From assembly GCA_040954595.2 (NCBI GenBank), contig CM082593.2:11049477-11113476 (forward strand): a DNA stretch of 64,000 nucleotides, read 5' to 3'. The position numbers were made by a program, and so were the translations under genes. This document shows positions 47,054 to 60,544 of the stretch, one piece after another (position 1 is the stretch's first letter; each line of letters opens with the position of its first letter). The DNA is from Balanoglossus misakiensis. Taxonomy: Eukaryota; Animalia; Hemichordata. The notes under the pieces were generated by a model. The model was not told where the DNA came from, ran no database searches, and saw only the letters and a list, made by a program, of their open reading frames with translations.

Positions 47054-49949
47054 TTTGTCAGGTCAGTTCGATGGTCTTTTCTTCTGTAGTTTTGGTGTCT
47101 TGTGTAGTCGATACTGTGTAAAGTCTGCTTACATCTGATCACTCACGTTCACCGCTGCCACCATGTTATGTTTCCATCAACATGGGAATAATAATGCGAT
47201 CATAAGGTATAACAACAACCTATTTATTGATCGGCTGAAAAGACTCAACAATGTGCTTCGCCTTATCTGTGACGTCGTACAGCAATTCATAAACAAGTGG
47301 AACACCAACAATGCAACACTAGAGGGCGCTATATTGATCGTAGCTGTCAGAATACTACACACCCCCCCCCCCCCCCCCGCATGTTTAAAGGTTTCTATAG
47401 AAAAGCATTGTTGAGGTTCACAAAACTTTGAAGAAGCTTTGCAACCCTAACTTTGGCCAAAGATTTGAATGTTAAGGTTTCACAAACGTAGTTACAGCTG
47501 AGGTTCAACTAAGACTAGTATAAGAGGCTTCAGCACGCCAAGTCTTGTAGCAAGCTTCAACACAAAGCTTTTTGCAACATTGTTCAAAGCGTTGTCAAAG
47601 GTACTGCACAACCCTGGTGAAGTAGTGCTATATTTTCAATTAAATGGCTTAAGCCATTTGTCTCTCCAACCAGAATTGCACCAGAGTTAAATACACACAG
47701 CTTGAAATTGTAAAATGTTGCAAAATCAAACGATCACATCCTTACACCTATTATTAGAACCAGAAGTTGAGTCAAAATTTTCCTACCTAGAAATTTTCTT
47801 TCCTATGAAGTTTTTTGCTTATTGGCATTCATATGGGAGCCTAGACCTATTCCAGCTGAGTTGCCAAAATGGCAATGTTGGACAATTCTTCTAATATGCA
47901 TGATCAAAAATGGCCGCCAAATACCTTCTCTAAAATAAAACTTGGCCCTTTTTTCTCAAAATTATGTGTAATATCTAAAATTTCAGGATTTGCATCCATA
48001 TTGGTTATGTATTGCAAATATGGCAGTGTTTGGCAACTTTTCTATTTTGCATAATCAAAAATGGCCGCCAATCACCACTAAAAGTGAAATTTTGCCATGT
48101 TTCCCAAAATGATGCGCAATATCGTATTTTCAGGATTAGCACATCATATGGGTACCTTTAACAATACAACTGTGTTGCAAATTTGGCAGTGTTACCGTAC
48201 TAATCATGAAGCAAGGAAGTGCAACCTCTGTATCCCAAATATATGTCTATCCCCACTCACAAAGAGCCAGCCCCTCTGCATCATCCTGTTCCTCAATCTC
48301 ACGATGGGAATCCTTTTCAGAATTCCGACCTCAAAACATCCAGGGATTCACCATCATTCACCACACCCTCGTCAGTATCCACCATGTTTAGATCCAATGC
48401 CTGAACATGTTGTCTCTTTATCTATGGATTGCGTTAAAGGCCAGTGGGAGTTTCATCCCGTTTTTTTGCAATTTTGACCATTTTTATCTGGTGCATAATG
48501 CTAGAGTACATATCATCCATACAGGATGATGCATGTACAGTGATGGGAAATGTATCAATCCACTCCTGCACTAGATTTGCATACAGTGCCATACCTTTTA
48601 GGGCTATTTTCTTGACCCTTTTGATAGTCTGCTGGCCAAAATTGGCTGGCCAAAGTGGCCAGCAGAGACATTCTTCCAATACCCTTCATAGTGCCAACAG
48701 ACAAGGCTTGGATATACAACCTGTGTTGCTTGTAAGGCACACATCTCCAATTGGTACATTGGGCCAATTATACTGTACATGTGTACAGCTAGGAAAAAAA
48801 TATACTTCATCATAGTTTCCATGGTCAGCAGCTTCAATAACTTGTTGCCTTTTCTTACTGAACATTTTGACTTATAAAGAAGTATAACAAGAATAAAGTT
48901 GTCCAATTAGTGTTGGCAGGGGGGTGGGGGATGTGTTCTCCCATACAAAGGTGTATAGGTATGTAGTCTTTAAGAAAAACTTGGGGTAAATGACCAGAAA
49001 ATTTGACTTATAATACAAATAGGTCGGGTTTTGGGCATTTACACGTGTTGATGTTATCGACTGGGGCGACAGACTACCATCCGAAAAAATTTCAAGTACC
49101 CCCCCCCCCCTCGGGTGCCGGCCAGTGGGATGGAGGTGATAGAAACTGTTGTAGATACAATAGAGGCCTACAACCTGAAAACCTTCTGGCTTTAACCGAG
49201 GACTTGCCATTAAAGATACCTGTAGGCCCCTATATGCTGCTCCCACATACACTCCCAGTCCTAAACCTTGCATCTGATTTGTGGTGCAGATGAAGAATTA
49301 AGATTGGCTTGACAATTAACACACTTAATTGCCTGTTATGAGATATAATACATACAATCATGGGACAAGAATGGCAAAAGTTAAATTATCCAGCAGGTGT
49401 TTGAATTATGCAAATTAGAGCAGTTGTCTAATATTGCCATGTCAACCATGTTGAAATTGTTTTAGGTACCCATATTAATGGAAACCCTGCAAATTCGATA
49501 TTACACACCATTTAAAACAAATATGGGAAATTAACATGTTAGAGAAATTTGGCGGCCATTTTGGATTATGCAAATTAGAACAGTTGTCTAATATTGCCAT
49601 GTCAACCATGTTGAAATTGTTTTAGGTACCCAGGAGAGTTGAATGAAAATGCCATTTGCAATGCAGTTGTCTTGTATTGGGTGCCCATATTAAGGCATTC
49701 TTGAAAACGAAACATTATTCATCATTTTGACGCAAACAGAAAAGGTGTTCAAATGCAAATTGGAAGAGTTGCCCAACCCTGCCATATTTGCAATACAGTT
49801 GTAGTGACTGTCAACTCGACTACAGACAGTCTCGATGAACACAAGACATGATCCCAATTTGCAAGCTGAGTTGAAACTGACTGCTGCAGTAACTTAGCTG
49901 TGGGAATGTCTTGTGTGATTTAAAACAATGATGACCAAATTTAACACAG

Positions 49950-51280
49950 TTTCTCTGAGGTAACCATTTAGCTTTCAGGACTAAGTTTGTTTAAGAATCC
50001 TTTATTCTACCCAAGGAACAAATTTCCTTAGAATTTCACAACTGAGACACAGTTTACAGATATACAAAAAGTGCGTACTACAAACATAAGAAATTGTTTG
50101 CATTTTTTTTTTCTGATGGCAATGCATTTGACTGTAAACAGACATTGACGTCCTTTAGTAAGGGACTGTTCAGTTTTGGTGGAGGGGGGGGGCAAAAGTT
50201 TGTGTCATTGGTTTTCAAAATCAGGCCGACACCCCCTTCAACCAGGACCAAAAAAATGATGACCCCCCCCCCCCCCCCCCCCCTTTGACAGGACCAAAAT
50301 ATGATGACCCTCCTCCCACCCCGAAAACATTCGCCATCCTTATCTTATGTACACTGACTGTATGCAATAAAGGTAAAGGGTCTCCTCACACCTCAATTCT
50401 AAATTTCTTAAAAAAATTTATAATTTGAAGTGTATAATAGTATAGCGTTGCAATAAAGAAGGTCTATGGATAAATTAAAAGGACACGTCAATATAATAGT
50501 TGGTAGAATTGGTAAAACAAGAAAAGTGGAAGGGGTGGGTGTACGTAGGACAATTTTGTAAAATACAATTAATGCATTTTAATGAACTCAAAGGCAAATT
50601 AACTTAATGTTGGGGAAGACAAATTTGACTTTTGCCACTCAAAGTTAACATCAGTGGGGGTGGGATGGCAAGTATTCTGCCCTGGTACACTATATGTGGC
50701 GAAGAAATAAGGGGATGGGTGTGGGAGGGGATGTCCTCCTTCCACATAAGAAAACTTTGTAAAATATGTAGCTCAAAGTTGCATTTTAATGAAGTCAAAA
50801 GCAAATTACATGTATCTCAATGTTTGAAAGGACCAATTTTACTGTTGCCACTCCACTCAAAGTTAGCATCGGTGGGTACATGTATATGACATCCCCCCTA
50901 AACGTTTGAAAAAAAGATGACTCCCTCTTTTGGATTTCAAAATTTAAGTGACCCCCTGGATTTTGCCAGCCTCCCCCCACCGTAAAAACTGAATGGTCCC
51001 TAAGCGCTATTTTGTCAGTGAAATGGCTCCATTATTATCCCTCCAACCATAGTTGAAACGGAGTTAAATATGTACAGCTTGAAATCATAAAATGTTGCAA
51101 AATTGAACCAAGAGTTTGGTCAATGATCAAGTTCTTACAGCTATTACTAGAACCATACAGTCTCAGCGAACAAGAGACATTGGTCCGATTTGCAAGCCGA
51201 GTAGGAACTGACTTTGCCTGCACACAGATGTGCCAATTTCAGCGAATCTTATCGTATTTAAAAATGAATATGGAGAATTG
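49950..51280 (+). repeat. Interspersed repeat copy (interrupted by a MITE); inverted copy at 58500-58992, fragments at 47690-47770 and 49820-49885
   Basis: ggtaaccatttag...ttcttacagctatta...gaatcttatcgtatt...aatgaatatggagaa is the reverse complement of 58500-58992. Confidence 0.8.
50162..51000. mobile_element. PIF/Harbinger-like MITE with TAA target duplication
   Basis: taa|gggactgttcagtttt ... aaaactgaatggtccc|taa. The paralogous repeat at ~58785 shows the empty site. Confidence 0.85.
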
Positions 51281-54254
51281 TTATCTGTGTTCCTATTGCT
51301 AGCCTACATACATGTAGCTGTTGTCATTCTAGTGTTTTTTTTCTGTATACCAAAATTGCCACACTGTTTGGGATACTTTTATCAAATGTTATGTGATACT
51401 ATATCAGCCTGTTTTGGGGATCTTGACAATGACATATATTAGACTTTTCATACACAGCATGAGGTAGAATTTCAGAAAAGATTAGGTAATAAGACTGCAT
51501 ATCTCATAGGAAATAATCACTTTAGAAGTATTACGATAAAAAAAATCATTTCACTCTTATTGGGAGCATACATTTGTAAAACATACATACAGACATGAAT
51601 ACAGACATAGAGAGATCAAGGTGTATACGATTTTCAGTGGGGGAGGGGGTCCTCCTTAATTGCAAACAACTATGTAATGGTAATTTCCCTTTTATAATAA
51701 CAATTTTTGAGGTATAAGGAAAAAATATCAAACAAAATAAACAAAAAAAACTAATTCAGCTATGATTTGATTCAATTATCATTCTAAAGAAGCACATATC
51801 ATTAACTCACTACTAAACTTTTAAAGTGATCAACCATGCACTTTCTGAGAATTTTTTTTATGCCCCCAAAATACAATTTTTTCATTTTCAGAACATTTAT
51901 GATATATCACAGTAAAAAAATCCCCTGGAAACTGCAAAACAAAAAATTGCAAAGCAATCAAACAAAAATGGCAAAAATTGTCCACAAAAACTATATTGAC
52001 ACTTCCATCATAGGATTTGTTAAAATGTCGTGATAACACACCTAGGAACCTGCAAACCAAATTTCAAAGAACTGTGAGTAGAGGTTTTTGAGTATTTGAC
52101 CAAAATCACCCCAAAAATATACTTCAAACCAGATATTAACTGAATATGCTCACGTGCAGTACTGTGATTGGTTGACAGAATAACAAGATTAGAAAAACCA
52201 GTGTTAAACCAATTTGGTTTATAGTGTATATGGTGTAAGGGTTGTGTGTTGCACCATTGTGAAATGTAAACATGTTTGTGGAATTGTTGCCTTGTCAATT
52301 TTTGTAAGGGGTTATGAGTCATGTACCCCATCCTGAACTGCATAAAAAGATAAGTCTATGGAATTCTAAAACTCGTTGATCAAAAATGGCAAGAAATATA
52401 CCAAAAAGTATGAATATTTCACCAGATTTCAACAAATCTGATTTCTGTTCATGCCTAAGAACCTCTTTAACAAGTTTCAATAAGGAAGACATTTTGGCAA
52501 ACAACAGGTAATTCAGACAAATCTGACTGATATCACATATATGAATTCCCATTCAAAGTTTCCAATCAATTGGACTTGTGGTTTCACTGAAGACTATTTG
52601 GCCAAACCCTGCAGAATTCCCAAAAAATACAATTATGCAAATTTCTTTACAATTTGATCATATCTGACTGAGATCACCCCTAGAAACCCAAATACAAAGT
52701 ATCAAAACAATTGCACTTACAGTTTCACGGGATTTGATTTTTTGACAAAACAGGAAATATTGCCCAAAAATGCATTTTTGCAAATTTCACCACCGTTTGC
52801 ACAAATGTGATTCAGGTAAGCCTTATGAACCTCCATACCAAGTTTCCAATCAATTGGACATGTAATTTCAGAGAAGAATTTTTTTAAACAAAACTGCAGA
52901 AAATTCCCCCAAACATTCATAAAAAATAGCAAACGCCAGATACTGACTCCACCTGAACAAAATCATACGAGGTCTTCCCATAGTACTTGCACACCAATGC
53001 ACGCCAATTTTTAACTGAATCTGATCCGCTGTTATTAAGTTTTTCAATTTTGACTATTTGAACATTTTTCCAGTTAATACCAGTATGCATTTTTTCGCAA
53101 TAACAATTTCTATGTACACACTAAATATCAGTAGTTTCAAGTTTTTGATGTTGATGGACATACACATACATACATCAATACATTTAGACGAAACTGATCC
53201 ATTCACAAAATACATAATTCTGTATGAGGCACACATACAGACATACATAGACGACGGACACCAACTTATGCTATAAGCTGACATTGATATACATGTTAGC
53301 CAAAAACCAAAATCAACCTCAAAATAGACATTAAAATATATTGCACCACCATGAGAAGACAAATTCATTTTTCGACAAATTTTCTGGGGCGTCATTGATA
53401 TAGCATGGCATATTGTCAAAGTACGTAGTCTCTGTGATAAGATTCCATACACACAAAATGGTAACCTTGGAAGTCCAGCTGACGTAGTTATGCAATGGCG
53501 TCTCGTGTATTCCGTCGCCAAAAAATCATCGTAAAATTGATAGTCGGGGTCACAATTCAAGACGACTTTCTCTAAATTCTTTATGAATGGATTAAATCGA
53601 AATCGAAATGTTGACGTATGACGTACGGAATGAGATCTGAACAGACATTCAATGTTATCATTCTCGCTCGATCACATATTGGGTAAGCCATCTAGCAATC
53701 GCTATATAGTATTGGCGATAACAGACTGTCTATAAACTCACAAAACGGATTTTACTGTTGAGTGTGATCAACCGCCACGTTATTTTTCTCTGAACAATAG
53801 ACAAATAGAAAGCCTGGTGACATTTTGAGATTGACTGCGTGAGGACCACAATATGCGTGAATCATTTACCGTTTGTCTTGATGAATGGGTCACGTCATAG
53901 TCATAACGCGGATTCGGCTGCACGCCAACTATCCGCCATATTGTCTCCACTAACTTACTCGTAAGTAGTTTCAAACTTCATTTGAAAAGAGTATTCGTCT
54001 GACAGTCCTGTAGATTAACAATTTACGCTCTATGAAGCAACTAAACAACGTTAGCTTCCTTGTGGATTCACGTAGGGAAGTTATTCGTAACGACGGGTAC
54101 ATCGTCTGAGCATGGACAGAACAACGGCAATATCGCCAGGAATGTCTCATTTCACAGCGCCCTCAAACAGTCGATCTCCTCAAACTATCGTTTCCACTGG
54201 TCATATATGCGGCATTAACGAAAGCTAACATAGACAACCATGTAATAGAAAAAT

Positions 54255-54404
54255 TAAAACTTAAATAACTTCATTAATATCAAAGCCACACCCACCAAAA
54301 CATTTTCAGTTCTTGCCATATGATATCTGAACCTGTGTACTAAATTTGGTTGAAATCGGTTCAGCGGTTCTTGAGATATCGGGTATACAGACAGACACAC
54401 ACAC

Positions 54405-54437
<33 letters not shown>

Positions 54438-54481
54438 TCGCTAAACCATAAGCTCACGTGATTTTCACGTGAGCTAAAAAT
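54255..54481. mobile_element. Short non-autonomous element with (CA/CATA)n microsatellite and terminal hairpin (HINE/DINE-like); relatives at ~53000-53310 and ~57880-58000
   Basis: Microsatellite 54386-54437 followed by agctcacgtg-atttt-cacgtgagct and an A-run. Confidence 0.6.
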
Positions 54482-57400
54482 GAAAAAAAATCCATGAGGT
54501 CTCAAAATGAATACACACCAATTTCTAAAGCAATTTGACCAGTTTCCACCAATTTCACATTGGTCCCAGTGGTAGATAGACATATACGAAATGGGAACCA
54601 AAGAATAAAACACATTTCAAAGATTTAACACATCTTTTTCCTCAAGAGTGTTTTTCAAATCTTCTCCACATCCTTCAAAATCGCCACCATAAAGCCATAT
54701 TACTTGTAGTGCTTATGTTTGTCTTATCTAGGTGATGCATACCACTATAGATATGTACCCTTTGTATAGAGGCAGATTAAACAGGTGTGGTACCTGTTAA
54801 ATATCTGACTTCTTTAAATTACAGCCACAATCGTCTGTCAACAAGATGTTCATGTAGATGTATACCTAGCAGTAAGCTTATTTAGATTGACAAATCTTAG
54901 ATGAAAATAATGAAAAAGTGGCACAACCCTTAGGGCTTTAACTAGCAGCTTTATGCCAGATGAGTTCGAGTCTAACGATGTAATGTTGACATTAAGGTTT
55001 CATTGAAATAACTTGGGAACCTCTCTACTATTTGAAGCACCAAAGCTGTGAAAAACTTCCTTCTTTCCCTGAGTTTTTTATGAATATGTTCTAATCTGGG
55101 ACAAAAATTTGTTGCCAAGTGTCTTGACTCCTTTACCAAATGTCAGGGACCGGATTTTTTTCAGCAAAATTTCAAATAACCTTGGCTGATTTTTTACCTA
55201 CTTTCACATATTGGGTAGCATGAAAAAAAGTATGGCTTCCAGAAGGGTTATAGATACAGTGTTTTGTAATAACAAGAATTAACATGAAACTATAATTTCA
55301 TGGTTAATTTAGGACCGCCTTAATCTATGGTAACGTCATTAAATATTTGCATATCTAATTGTAGGCTATCCAGTGGAGGGAGAAACCTAAACATGGACAA
55401 CATTGGGGTCAAAATTGTTTGACAGAACTTTGGGTGACTTTGGGTAAACCTTGACCAACATTACTATATCTTGGCATCCAGAGCAGATGCAACCTTGACA
55501 CTTGGAGTGATGGAAATGCATAATGGAGTATTATGTCTCAGCTAGTCACAGTGCTTTTGCTGTGTTTTATGTCTTTTATTCAGCCAAATTAGATGTTTTT
55601 TATTACATATTGGCTGTGTTTGCCAGTACTTTTTAGCTGGTCACACTGCCTTAAGACAATGTATTCTCAAAATACCATGCAATCATTATGAAGCATATAC
55701 AGCAGACAAAGTTATGGTATGACTGAACTTGCCCTTCTTTGTGACTAAAGCATGACCGGCCTGTCTTAGGTGGCCCCTACCTAGGGGCTTTACCCGTCAT
55801 TGGCTCACAGTCTGAGAAATCAGCTCTGCAGGGAAGTTAACGATGTAACCCACCATTAAAGCTTGGATTTCCGCTTTTTGTATCTGATGCCTGGCTGAGG
55901 CCTTCTTAGGATCTACCCAACGCTGAGTAGGCTATCCCGTCATTGGCACACAGTCTCAGGGAGGGAGTCCAAAGTTCAGTATACCAGCAAAGCCTTTATA
56001 TTGTCCATTCTTTTTAAGAGAAGGCTGGCTGCTGTAGAAAAATGTTGATCTCAAATGTATCATGTCCAAAAAAAGGCAGACTTCCAGCCCTATTGGTTAG
56101 GCTGGCATTAGGTATGTACATAATTAATGAGACAAGACATAATATTCCATTACATAGTTCCATAACTCCAAGTGTCAAGGATGTATCTGTGCCGGATGCC
56201 AAGATATAGGAATGTAGGTCAAAGTTTGCCCAAGACCACCCAAAAGTTTGTCAAAAGATTTTGACCCCAGAGTTGTCCATGTCCAGGTTACCACATCCTC
56301 TAGAATAAGATATGCACATATTTAATGAGGTTACCATAGCTCAAGGGGGTCTTTAATTAACCATCAACATTTAGTTTCATATTAATGCATGTTAATATAA
56401 TACACTGTATCTATAACCCTACTGGTAAGCCTAGAATTAGGTACATGCGAAAGTTTTTGACAAGATAGATAAGTTGTAAAATATGTACATGAACCTGACA
56501 ATTGACTTAAAATAACATAAGGCAGACTTGATACTTATCGGAGATAGATACTAATAACAACAGTGATGTTAATTACACCGGGAATGTTTGTCTTATTATA
56601 GCTACATGTAAAAGACTGCTTGAGGTAATGTAATTAAAGTGACCACTTGCGATTCACCTTCAAAGTGCTATGCAAGTCTACGGTACATTGTTTTTCCAAT
56701 GATTGGACAAAGGATATTCATAATGTGTAATTAAGGCTGGATAGCATTTTCAATGTAATAAGCCCTGCCTTCACTATAATCTTACGCCAAATCAACATTG
56801 TTCAGTTTATGTTAATAATTTCACTAAGGGACACTTGTTACATCAAATTTCCCAGCAAGGGGTGTCAGATTACTGGGCAAGTGGCATGCATGACACTAGA
56901 CGATACTTTTGGAAGCAAAGCGGACAGAACACGGCTGGATATAGACTAGGTAATTCTGAATGTGACCATGAACTGTACCACAGACTCTGTATTGTATGTT
57001 TCTGAAGAATCCCATTTAACCCAGACATCAACATACTTCAACCTTGTAAGAAGTAGAACATACATGATTTACTAGTAAATATTTGCTAGGTTATTACACA
57101 CTTTGGATTACACAAAAATAGGTGTGTACACCGCTGTGACATTGCCAAGCAGATATGACCTACCAGGTAACCTAATACAATTTCACAGGAATCGGAGTAT
57201 TTTCAGTGAAAACAACATTTCTTCAACAATGACAAAAACTGCCTCAACCACAAAAATTCAGATATCAACAAATCCAACAATATCTCACTTCAATCACCAC
57301 AAGGAACATGCCTACCAAAATTGAAAGCAATTTGACATGCGGTTTCAAAGAATACAAATTGCAAAAATTGCCTCAAGACCACAAATATGCAAATTTCACC

Positions 57401-60387
57401 AAAATGATATACAACATTACTTGGGTTACCTCATGGAACAAGCAAACCAAAATTTAAATGCAACCTGACCTGACATGGAGTTTCAGAGAAAGTGATTTTT
57501 GACCAAAAATGACAAAATTACATTTCCCAAAAATTACAAATTTTGCCACAATTTAAACAATACTAACAAAGATTACCTATAGGAAATAGCTTACTAAATT
57601 CTAGATACAATTCACGATATTAGCTGAAAGTATATCAGGCGTGACATAAGCTACATGCATACAAATGTTCAAAGCAATCTGACCAGTTGTTGAGTTTCTG
57701 AGTTTTGATCAATTTCACATTGCTCCAGGTAATTAGCATATTTCATTTGAACAGGCGTGCCTGCATCTAAAAACCCAATATCAAGACTTACCACACAGAC
57801 TCTGTATTGTATGTTTCTGGAGTAATCAAATAAAACCAATCATGAAAATACTTCAACCTTCTTAATATGAACAAAATCCTATTTACAGGCTGGCCTACAT
57901 CTACACACCAAATATCAAGGGGATACGCGAAGGGGTTTTCAAGTTTTTGATGTGGACAGACATACATACATCCATACATACTACATACACACATACAGAG
58001 GCAACTGACTGGTCAGAAGGCATGAGCAAAAATGCAGGAAATCAATGTTGTGACACTGGTAGTAGGCCTTAATGTATACAATATCAAGACAGTTTATTTA
58101 ACATGAAGTTTGATATGTTCATAATCATTCAGAGCTAAGCATATTTTGAAATTGTAAAATTAATATTAATCACATGAAAACTGACAGCATGCTTTCATTT
58201 GGGAATTTAGGTATTGTAATTAACACTAACAGTCATGAAACTATTGAATCGTCAATAAAATCATACAGTAGAAATTAATGGGTTTTCTATTTGTATGCGA
58301 TATGAAAATGCAACTTGTGGTCCTTCGGCCAGTAAGAGGCATCAGATAATATTGTAAGACCCAGTTGCCCAATTGATTAGACCTACATGTATGCGCTGTG
58401 TGAAGCGCAAGTTATGGCAACTGAATTCACAGGACACTGAAGAAAGTGGAATCACTCAAGGTACATATGTATACATGTAGGCTAACAATCACAACACAGA
58501 GAATAGTTCTCCATATTCATTTTTAATACGATAAGATTCACTGAATTGGCGCATCCATGGGCAGGCAAGGTTAGTTCCAACTCAGTTTGCAAATCAGGCC
58601 CATGTATCTTGTTCCCTGAGACTGTCTGCTTCTAATAATAGCTGTAAGAACATAATCGTTGACCGAATGGTTGGTTCAATTTTGCAACATTTTATGATTT
58701 CAAGCTGTGCAATATTTGCAACTCAGTTTCAACTTTGGTTGGAGGGATGATGATGAAGCAATTTCACTGACAAAATAGCACTACTAACTGACGTCAATAT
58801 TTGTTCAAAGTTAAATGCATTGCTATCAGAAAAATGTATACTAAAAGTTTCGTATGTGAATAATAACACTTTTTCGTATAACTGCAAACCCTGTCACAGT
58901 TGTGAAATTCTAAGAAAATTCATTCATTAGGTAGAATTCGTGCTTTATGAATTCTTAAACAAACTTAGTCATGAAACCTAAATGGTTACCTTACACATGT
59001 TGAGGCTCGACTTCTGTGATATGATAGTCTTTAATTAATGTGTATGTGATTCCATACAAATCCATATGATTACCTGAACATACAAAATAAATTAAAAATA
59101 AATACATAAATTAAAAATAAATAAGTATCTCATACATATGCATAAGTGCTTGTGAGAAATATATCATATATCTAAATAAACCTGTCATTTATTGACCTCA
59201 TTTTCCCAGTAAACCAAAGGACTAAATTGCACTTTAATATTACAGCTTCATTTCAATGCAACAGGTACACTACATCATAAGGGAACAAATATGCCAGCTC
59301 AACATTTATATAAACAGTGTCAAAATATAAGTGGCTACAAAAGCTTGTGTCCCTTCAATCCATTCTCCCACTCAGGTCAAACGTGTTACATATTAAAATT
59401 GCAATGTGCATAATATACAATTAGTCTTTTGTAAATTCAGACTGAGAAAATATGACTGATAAACATTATCTGGCACATGTTGGTGAATGGCTGGCGTTGA
59501 TGTTGTGGGTTGAAATCCGAACTATGATTATCGCGGGTACAAATCACATTTATTTTCTCAGAGACAACACGTTTGCAACTTCGGGACAGAAAGGTGAAAA
59601 CGAACGTCATTAGTTCTTGGGAAAAAACTCTGAAATCAATTTCGGTGAGGTCAAATGTGTTCCAAAGGCAAACCGTTTCTGGTAAACAAATCAATGGCAA
59701 ATAGTTACTTCGGCGACTTACCAATCAATCAACATGGCTGCCAAATCGTTGGATATCCCGGTTTCATCTCGCGACCATTCTATCTTCCGATATGGCGTTG
59801 CTTGGTTAAATTCGCCTCTTCTTTGCCGACATAGTCGGGCGACAGCGGTCCAGAAGCATATACAGCGACGCCATCTTGTTTACAATGTGAAGTATCAACT
59901 GCGCATGCTCAATGGTTGTTGATTGGAAAGTGGGCAGAGCCTGCAAGATCCAGGGTTCGCTTGACCGGCCAAACGCGGTTATTCTCCCTAGACCAAATCA
60001 TTTAAGCGTCAGGCGTAATACATCACATAATTGACTGGAAAACTAAACAGTCTTCCACCTATATATCAACACAGTTTATTAAACCAGCACCCGCGCAAAT
60101 ATTCACAAGTATATGATTAAAATTGATGAAATCATTAATCGCACGGTTACAGCTGTCATAGTTTCTAATAATATTATTCACTGGTAGCGCTGACATACCA
60201 TGTTGAAACTTGTCGCGGAAAACAAGATAATTGATCTTACGGTGTCATTTGTTTTTAAAAAGTGCTTAATAACTATTGATCCCATTGATATATTTTTTCC
60301 ATATTTATATATTTTTCGCAAATTTTGACTGCTTGGGCTACTAATAGCATGGTGATCACAATGGATTTACCACCTCCCAGCTGCGTT

Positions 60388-60394
60388 ATAAAAG
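60388..60394 (+). promoter_or_regulatory. Candidate TATA box
   Basis: TATAAAA ~58 bp upstream of the ATG of a signal-peptide-like exon. Confidence 0.45.
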
Positions 60395-60445
60395 AATGCC
60401 TATTCTGTGGACACTAGCCTCATCGAAGACCGAACGTGTTCATCG

Positions 60446-60544
60446 ATGTTTCCATTCATGACGAACTCCAATGCAGGCGTCGCAGTCATTCTGGCTTTCA
60501 CGCTGTGGGCACCTCTGGTGACAGCAATTCCCAACAAGTTGCGG
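60446..60544 (+). CDS. Candidate first coding exon of a secreted or membrane protein (signal peptide)
   Basis: MFPFMTNSNAGVAVILAFTLWAPLVTA-IPNKLR followed by a consensus donor G|GTAAGT; hydrophobic core and V-T-A cleavage-like site. Confidence 0.55.

Larger units (their letters stand above)
42480..47359 (-). mobile_element. Full-length Ty3/Gypsy (Mag-like) LTR retrotransposon with disabled pol
   Basis: LTRs 42480-42683 and 47164-47359 (TG...CA). PBS TGGTGGCAGCGGTG (tRNA-Leu 3' end) at 47163-47150. PPT aaagaagagggga at 42696-42684. Domain order gag-PR-RT-RH-IN. Flanks ccccc / caccc. Confidence 0.97.

Noticed and set aside
48180-48830. Coding-like stretch on the - strand
   Set aside because: Stops in all frames and no recognisable domain; possibly decayed, but unsupported without a search.
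53054-53560. 168-aa ORF
   Set aside because: Half overlaps a microsatellite-bearing repeat; no domain or convincing splice context.
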